A stretch of DNA of 64,000 nt, taken from positions 2,230 through 66,229 of the forward strand of contig JAYVZE010000017.1 in the NCBI GenBank assembly GCA_043783625.1, written 5' to 3'. This document shows, piece after piece, positions 59,376 to 64,000 of the stretch. Numbering within the stretch: the first letter of the stretch is position 1; every line of letters starts with the position of its first letter. Below the pieces are notes generated by a model. That model worked only from the letters and a program-made list of their open reading frames with translations. It was not told the origin of the DNA and made no database searches. This DNA comes from Blastocatellia bacterium. Lineage in GTDB: Bacteria > Acidobacteriota > Blastocatellia > RBC074. The translations under genes were made by a program, and so were the position numbers.

Positions 59376-62300
59376 CTACCGACAAACCGGAACAGCGAGG
59401 GGGATGTCCAGCGTGACGGCTCCAGCTAAGGTCACTGCCTGCAAATTATTGCCGCCGTTGTAGGCATATTGCGATCTGACAGCGTTGAAATTAAATAAGA
59501 CTCCGGTCAAACCAATGTTCGAATCAGCTCCGACTTTCATCCATCCGCTTTGGCCTGAGGGAATAAAGAGGTCTAATTTTTTGGGACCGATGCGCGGGAA
59601 ATTAGCTGAGAATGTATTCGATGACTGAGGCGTCGAAGCCGTGAAATTAAAATCCTCGGCGATTCGCCCGGCGTCATAGATTTTTCCTGAGACAGCTCCA
59701 ATCGAAGGCGCACTGCTGATTAAATTTCCACCGACTCTATTCAATACCAGTATTGAATTATTCCCATCCTTGAGACTGGAAAGGTTGTCAATCGCCAATA
59801 AACGCGGCAATCGGCTATACGCTACCCCGTCAAAATTAATCGTGGCAGTCGTGCCTCCGACAGTGCAGGTGGCAGGCGTGGCGGCAATCGCTGAAACTGC
59901 TACCGCTGACAAGTTGGCACTGTGTCCGGTTGGTAATTTAACATACGCTCCGCCCATTAAAACATTCGCTTTAACGGGGCATCCAGTGATTTTATCAACC
60001 GCGACGGCAATGATGTATCCTGTCACCGATGGATCATATTCCGAAGCCAGAAAATTAATTGTCTGATTTGCTGCGAGGCAGAAAAAGACGATGGAAATAT
60101 TGCCAGTCTGTCCATCAATTAACGACATTCGCACCGTTACTTCAGCGGTGTCACTGGTATTCGTTAATTTAATCTGGGTATTTTTGGAGGCGGGTTGCGA
60201 GACATCCGAGGTGTAATAATTGTAGATCAAAATTGAGCCGATCTTGTGGTCTCCAGCGGACGTGTCAACCGGAGACGGATTACAATCAGGGCTGTTGATG
60301 ACATTAATTGACAGACTGGTCATGACGGATATGCCGTGACCATCGGTGACTTTCAGCGTGATTGAATTGTTGCCAACCGTCGCGCCACATGAGGCAGAAA
60401 CTGGAGCTGAAATGGTTCCATTCGTATTCGTGATCGTACCAATTGTAATTCCGGCAGGAATCGTCATAGCTGTTACTGTAAGGTTCGCCGCAGGTGTTTC
60501 CGTATCAGAAACCGTGGCTATCGTCAGGCTGGTAGCCACGACGTTCTGCGTTGCCGAAATTCCCGTAGCCGCAGTAATCGTCGGAGCGGTATTGGCGGCT
60601 TGGGCGACCGCAAAAACTTGTCCGCCGAGGCTAATATTTCCAGTCCGGGCAGTTCCGTCACTGGCTGCAACTGTGAAGGAAACGGAGCCACTTCCTGATC
60701 CGGTATTGGCAGAAGTGACGGTCAGCCACGCAGTACTTGGAACGGCTGTCCAGGGGCATCCGGTTCCGGCGGTAATTGCAATCGTTCCAGTTCCGCCGCC
60801 AGCCCCAAAGTTTTGCGAAACTGGATTCAACATATAACTGCAACCCGCCCCCTGATTAATGGTGAAGGTTTGCCCTCCGGCTGTCATTGTTCCACTCCGC
60901 GCTATTCCGGTATTGGCAGCGACAGAAAAATTGACAGCACCATTTCCGTTGCCACTACCTTGTGTAACTGTAATCCAGATGTCGTTGGGTGTGGCATTCC
61001 AGGCACAGCCTGCTGGAGCGATCACCGTGAAACTTCCTACCCCGCCGCCAGCCGCAAAGCTTTGATTCGCCGCCCCAAGCGAATACGTGCAGGCGACAGG
61101 GGGAGACAGCGATCTTGTGCCGGCTACGCTGACGCTGATCCCATCGAAAGAGACTGAGCCAATGAATGTCTTGTTGCCGGTTTCTCCCGTTGGCGGTGTC
61201 ACAACATACGTCAGACTGCGGGCTGTGTTATCGAAATATGGCCCCCATTTGACTTTATGATTATTGCTGTCAAAAGCTCCGCTGTTGTTAATGCCTGAGA
61301 CTACCCAACCTGCTGGTACGGTGTCCTCGACCGCATAAACATTGGTACTGGCATCCGGTGTCACGCTGATAGTCACGGTGATTCCGACACCTGGCGTATA
61401 GTTTGCTGCGTTGAAACTGGCCACCGCCGTCCCGCTTACGAAAGCAGCAGGATTGGCTGCGAAAGCTGTCTCTGTCGCAGCCCCCGTTCCAAATCCTAAT
61501 CCCGGCATGTAGCCCAGAGCTTGCAGCATTTTCAGAGGCATTGCTTCATTCGGTTGCAACATGCTGATACTGGCTCCTGCCACAAAAGGTGGAGTCCTGG
61601 AGGCGTCATAGTGATAAACCTCACCGAGCTTCCAAATTAATCCGGCATTGGTCACGTAATTGATGTCAATCGGATTGGGTGGGCGGCTCCAACTCGTGCC
61701 TGCTTTCCAGGCAGCTCCATAAGAGGTGAGTTCGTTGATCTCAATTCTCAGATTATTGTTCAGGTCCGATGGGTGAATGAGGCTGGCAGCGACAATTGTT
61801 GCCGTTCCGCAAATCGCGTTATTCGTGCCGTTGATGGAAACAGTTCCGCTGAAAGTTTTCTGTCCCGTCGTACCCGCTGGTGGCGTGACGGAATAGTTCA
61901 GCGTTCGCGCCGTAGCATCGAAGAACGGCCCCCATTTGACCTTGCCATTGACCGCATCAAATTGACCGCCGTTATCAATGCCTGAGACCGTCCACCCGGT
62001 CGGCGGCGTCTCTTCTACGGCATGCGATTGCGTGTTGACAGGAGGCGAAACTTGCACCGAAACTTGCAGGGCTTGACCGTTGGTGTACTCCGCTGGAAGC
62101 GTACGTTGTGTGATGCAGATAGCCTGTGGCGCGTCTTGCGTAATAGTGAAAGTTTGTCCGGCGACCGTCATCGTACCACTGCGATTCGCCCCCGTATTGG
62201 CTGCCACTGTGAAGTTGACTGCACCACTACCCGTACCGCTGCTACTGCCGACATTGATCGTAATCCAGTTGTCATTACTGATCGCTGCCCAGGTGCATCC

Positions 62301-64000
62301 GGTTCCGGCAGTAATCGCAATCACTGCGGCTCCTCCGCCAGCCACAAAATTTTGCGACAAGGGGCTGACTAAATAATTACAACCTGTGCCCTGATTAATC
62401 GTGAAAGTTTTTCCGGCAACGGTAATCGTGCCAGTTCGCGTCGCACCTGTATTTGCCAGCACCGAGTAATTGACAGTGCCATTACCAGTTCCTGACGCAC
62501 CTGCTGTGATTGAAATAAATGCTGCATTACTGATCGCTGTCCAGGCGCATCCGGTCGGTGAGGTGACATTGATCGTTCCGGTATTGGCAGCAGCGGTAAT
62601 CGTGATCGGTACATCATTTGTTGGAGAAGTTGTATAGGTACAAATTTGTGCGTCCTGATTAATCGTAAAAGTTTTTCCGGCAATGGTAATCGTGCCAGTT
62701 CGCGCCACGCCCGTATTTGCCAACACGGAATAACTGACAGTGCCATTTCCGCTTCCTGACGCACCTGCTGTGATGGAAATGAACGCTGGACTATTACTGA
62801 CCGCAGTCCAGGCGCATCCGGTTGGCGATGTAACGCTGATTGTTCCGGTGTTGCTGGCTGCGGCAATCGTGATCGGCAGCTCTGGTGTAATCGTATAAGT
62901 ACAAGGTATACCGTCCTGATTGAGCGTAAAGGTCCTGCCTTCGACTGTGATTGTTCCTGTCCGTGCGCCTCCGGCATTGGCGTCAAAAGTGAAATTCAGG
63001 GTTCCCGTACCTGTTCCGCTGGAAGTGGTATGAATCCAGGTCGCGGTTGTCGCCGCCGTCCAACGACAACCCGCCGTTGTTGTGACCGTGAAGCTCCCTT
63101 GTCCGGCTGCAAGAGTGACAGTTTGCGTGGATGCTCCCAGCGTGTAATTACAAGTGGCTGGCGTATACAATCCTAATTTTGAAATTTTCGCGCCATCCCA
63201 ATCTCCGACAATCCTCCACCAGTTATTCATCAAATCAGTGTTCTCATGGAAGACCGCATTGTTGAGTCCGGGGATTGATTGCATCCAGTAAATATACCAA
63301 TTCGTTTCAGCTTTAGTGGTTGTATCGGGTGGAATTCCATTCCACCCGAAATTTAACCCGCTCCACTCGGTACTGTCGATTAGAAGCGTTGATTGAGGCG
63401 GATCAATCGCATTCCAATCTTTGATGTCGCTTTGACCACTTGCCCCATCGAAGTTAAGTTCCATTGCGGTATTCGGTGGACGCGTCGCTTTACCGACGCG
63501 CCCGTAGTTATGTGTACCATTTGGAAGCACACCCGTCTCGTCGAATCCCACGAAAGAACGCACAAACATGGTTGTATCGCCATCATGATTTTTGTTGGCA
63601 TAAGTGAACAGTGCTTCGAGCTGGCTGGCATGCGTACGCGCCGCGAGATTGAAGGGTTTCGCCAGATCAATGCCATAAATGGTGTAGGATTTATCATAAA
63701 TCGGGAGGTCATCATTGCGTCGCGGATTGTTGGTGACATCTCCGGTCAATTGGCTGGACATATTGGCATCTTCAACTAATGGTTTTTCAAAAACGGTCGA
63801 ATTGTAACTGTAAGACTCGATCCAAAATTCCTTGACGTTTTGCGTCTTAACCAAGTCTTCTGCCTTAATCCGTGCCAGAATTTGTTTATAATCAGGATAG
63901 TATGTGCCCGATGTCGAACCTTTTATCCCGTTCGGGATAGGTTCATAAATATTGATGATTTTGACAACTTCATAACCGAGCGAAGGCGTCGAAGCAGGCG
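59376..64000 (-). CDS. Very large secreted protein (>1,540 aa; the N-terminus lies beyond the window) built from at least six tandem BACON-like Ig-fold repeats, two copies of a second domain of about 110 aa, and a C-terminal beta-rich domain.
   Basis: The frame is open to the window end. Repeats of about 88 aa fit 'C.Y.(I/L).P......A.GG.G...V......C.W(T/N)A.S...W(I/L)T(V/I).....G.G.G.V.F.V..N.G..R(T/S)GT(I/M)T(V/I).G(Q/K)TFT(I)NQ'. Two of them are near-identical at DNA level. Confidence 0.65.
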   Translation of the reverse strand, partial: PASTPSLGYEVVKIINIYEPIPNGIKGSTSGTYYPDYKQILARIKAEDLVKTQNVKEFWIESYSYNSTVFEKPLVEDANMSSQLTGDVTNNPRRNDDLPIYDKSYTIYGIDLAKPFNLAARTHASQLEALFTYANKNHDGDTTMFVRSFVGFDETGVLPNGTHNYGRVGKATRPPNTAMELNFDGASGQSDIKDWNAIDPPQSTLLIDSTEWSGLNFGWNGIPPDTTTKAETNWYIYWMQSIPGLNNAVFHENTDLMNNWWRIVGDWDGAKISKLGLYTPATCNYTLGASTQTVTLAAGQGSFTVTTTAGCRWTAATTATWIHTTSSGTGTGTLNFTFDANAGGARTGTITVEGRTFTLNQDGIPCTYTITPELPITIAAASNTGTISVTSPTGCAWTAVSNSPAFISITAGASGSGNGTVSYSVLANTGVARTGTITIAGKTFTINQDAQICTYTTSPTNDVPITITAAANTGTINVTSPTGCAWTAISNAAFISITAGASGTGNGTVNYSVLANTGATRTGTITVAGKTFTINQGTGCNYLVSPLSQNFVAGGGAAVIAITAGTGCTWAAISNDNWITINVGSSSGTGSGAVNFTVAANTGANRSGTMTVAGQTFTITQDAPQAICITQRTLPAEYTNGQALQVSVQVSPPVNTQSHAVEETPPTGWTVSGIDNGGQFDAVNGKVKWGPFFDATARTLNYSVTPPAGTTGQKTFSGTVSINGTNNAICGTATIVAASLIHPSDLNNNLRIEINELTSYGAAWKAGTSWSRPPNPIDINYVTNAGLIWKLGEVYHYDASRTPPFVAGASISMLQPNEAMPLKMLQALGYMPGLGFGTGAATETAFAANPAAFVSGTAVASFNAANYTPGVGITVTISVTPDASTNVYAVEDTVPAGWVVSGINNSGAFDSNNHKVKWGPYFDNTARSLTYVVTPPTGETGNKTFIGSVSFDGISVSVAGTRSLSPPVACTYSLGAANQSFAAGGGVGSFTVIAPAGCAWNATPNDIWITVTQGSGNGNGAVNFSVAANTGIARSGTMTAGGQTFTINQGAGCSYMLNPVSQNFGAGGGTGTIAITAGTGCPWTAVPSTAWLTVTSANTGSGSGSVSFTVAASDGTARTGNISLGGQVFAVAQAANTAPTITAATGISATQNVVATSLTIATVSDTETPAANLTVTAMTIPAGITIGTITNTNGTISAPVSASCGATVGNNSITLKVTDGHGISVMTSLSINVINSPDCNPSPVDTSAGDHKIGSILIYNYYTSDVSQPASKNTQIKLTNTSDTAEVTVRMSLIDGQTGNISIVFFCLAANQTINFLASEYDPSVTGYIIAVAVDKITGCPVKANVLMGGAYVKLPTGHSANLSAVAVSAIAATPATCTVGGTTATINFDGVAYSRLPRLLAIDNLSSLKDGNNSILVLNRVGGNLISSAPSIGAVSGKIYDAGRIAEDFNFTASTPQSSNTFSANFPRIGPKKLDLFIPSGQSGWMKVGADSNIGLTGVLFNFNAVRSQYAYNGGNNLQAVTLAGAVTLDIPLAVPVCR

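Noticed and set aside
62134-62918. Tandem direct repeats with a 264-nt period, considered as a possible CRISPR array.
   Set aside because: The period is far too long, there is no repeat-spacer structure, and the repeats are in-frame protein-domain repeats.
62369-62986. A 205-aa minus-strand ORF in another frame of the giant repeat gene, with internally repeated peptide text.
   Set aside because: The repetition simply mirrors the tandem DNA repeats. The in-frame BACON-like reading is continuous across the region.

Overview
This is a 64-kb chromosomal segment of roughly 50% GC. It most likely comes from an Acidobacteriota-type genome. The evidence is several secreted SBBP beta-propeller repeat proteins, and two proteins that end in the Solibacter-type C-terminal domain (TIGR03437-like; 'VNAA(S/N)Y ... 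QINF ... PGIF' pattern). The housekeeping backbone is recognisable by eye: mpl, recF-gyrB, ftsY, ribD, rsmA/ksgA, rnj, a ROK glucokinase, oligopeptidase B, a NarL/LuxR-type two-component system with a periplasmic propeller sensor, an MFS transporter, and a PuuD-like amidotransferase. The accessory content is: (i) a low-GC type II restriction-modification island with overlapping M and R genes, between mpl and recF; (ii) a DUF4160/DUF2442 gene pair; (iii) a 5.4-kb gene for a roughly 1,790-aa multidomain M36 (fungalysin-like) metalloprotease with IPT/Kelch modules and a Soli_cterm tail; (iv) the most unusual part, a 16-kb co-oriented block (36.3-52.0 kb, minus strand) of five secreted DUF11-repeat proteins. 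One member of about 2,100 aa fuses N-terminal surface repeats to a C-terminal beta-barrel-like region of about 900 aa. Two members share a novel C-terminal module and one has a long Gly-rich tract. Each gene carries its own hairpin terminator, and one intergenic region holds a dense array of GAACG(C) motifs. At the window end there is a >1,500-aa protein built from tandem BACON-like Ig repeats that are near-identical at DNA level. Two families of REP-like palindromic repeats sit at gene ends, one with a clear compensatory base-pair change. No rRNA, tRNA, CRISPR array or transposase was found by eye. All calls are from visual motif recognition, with no database search.
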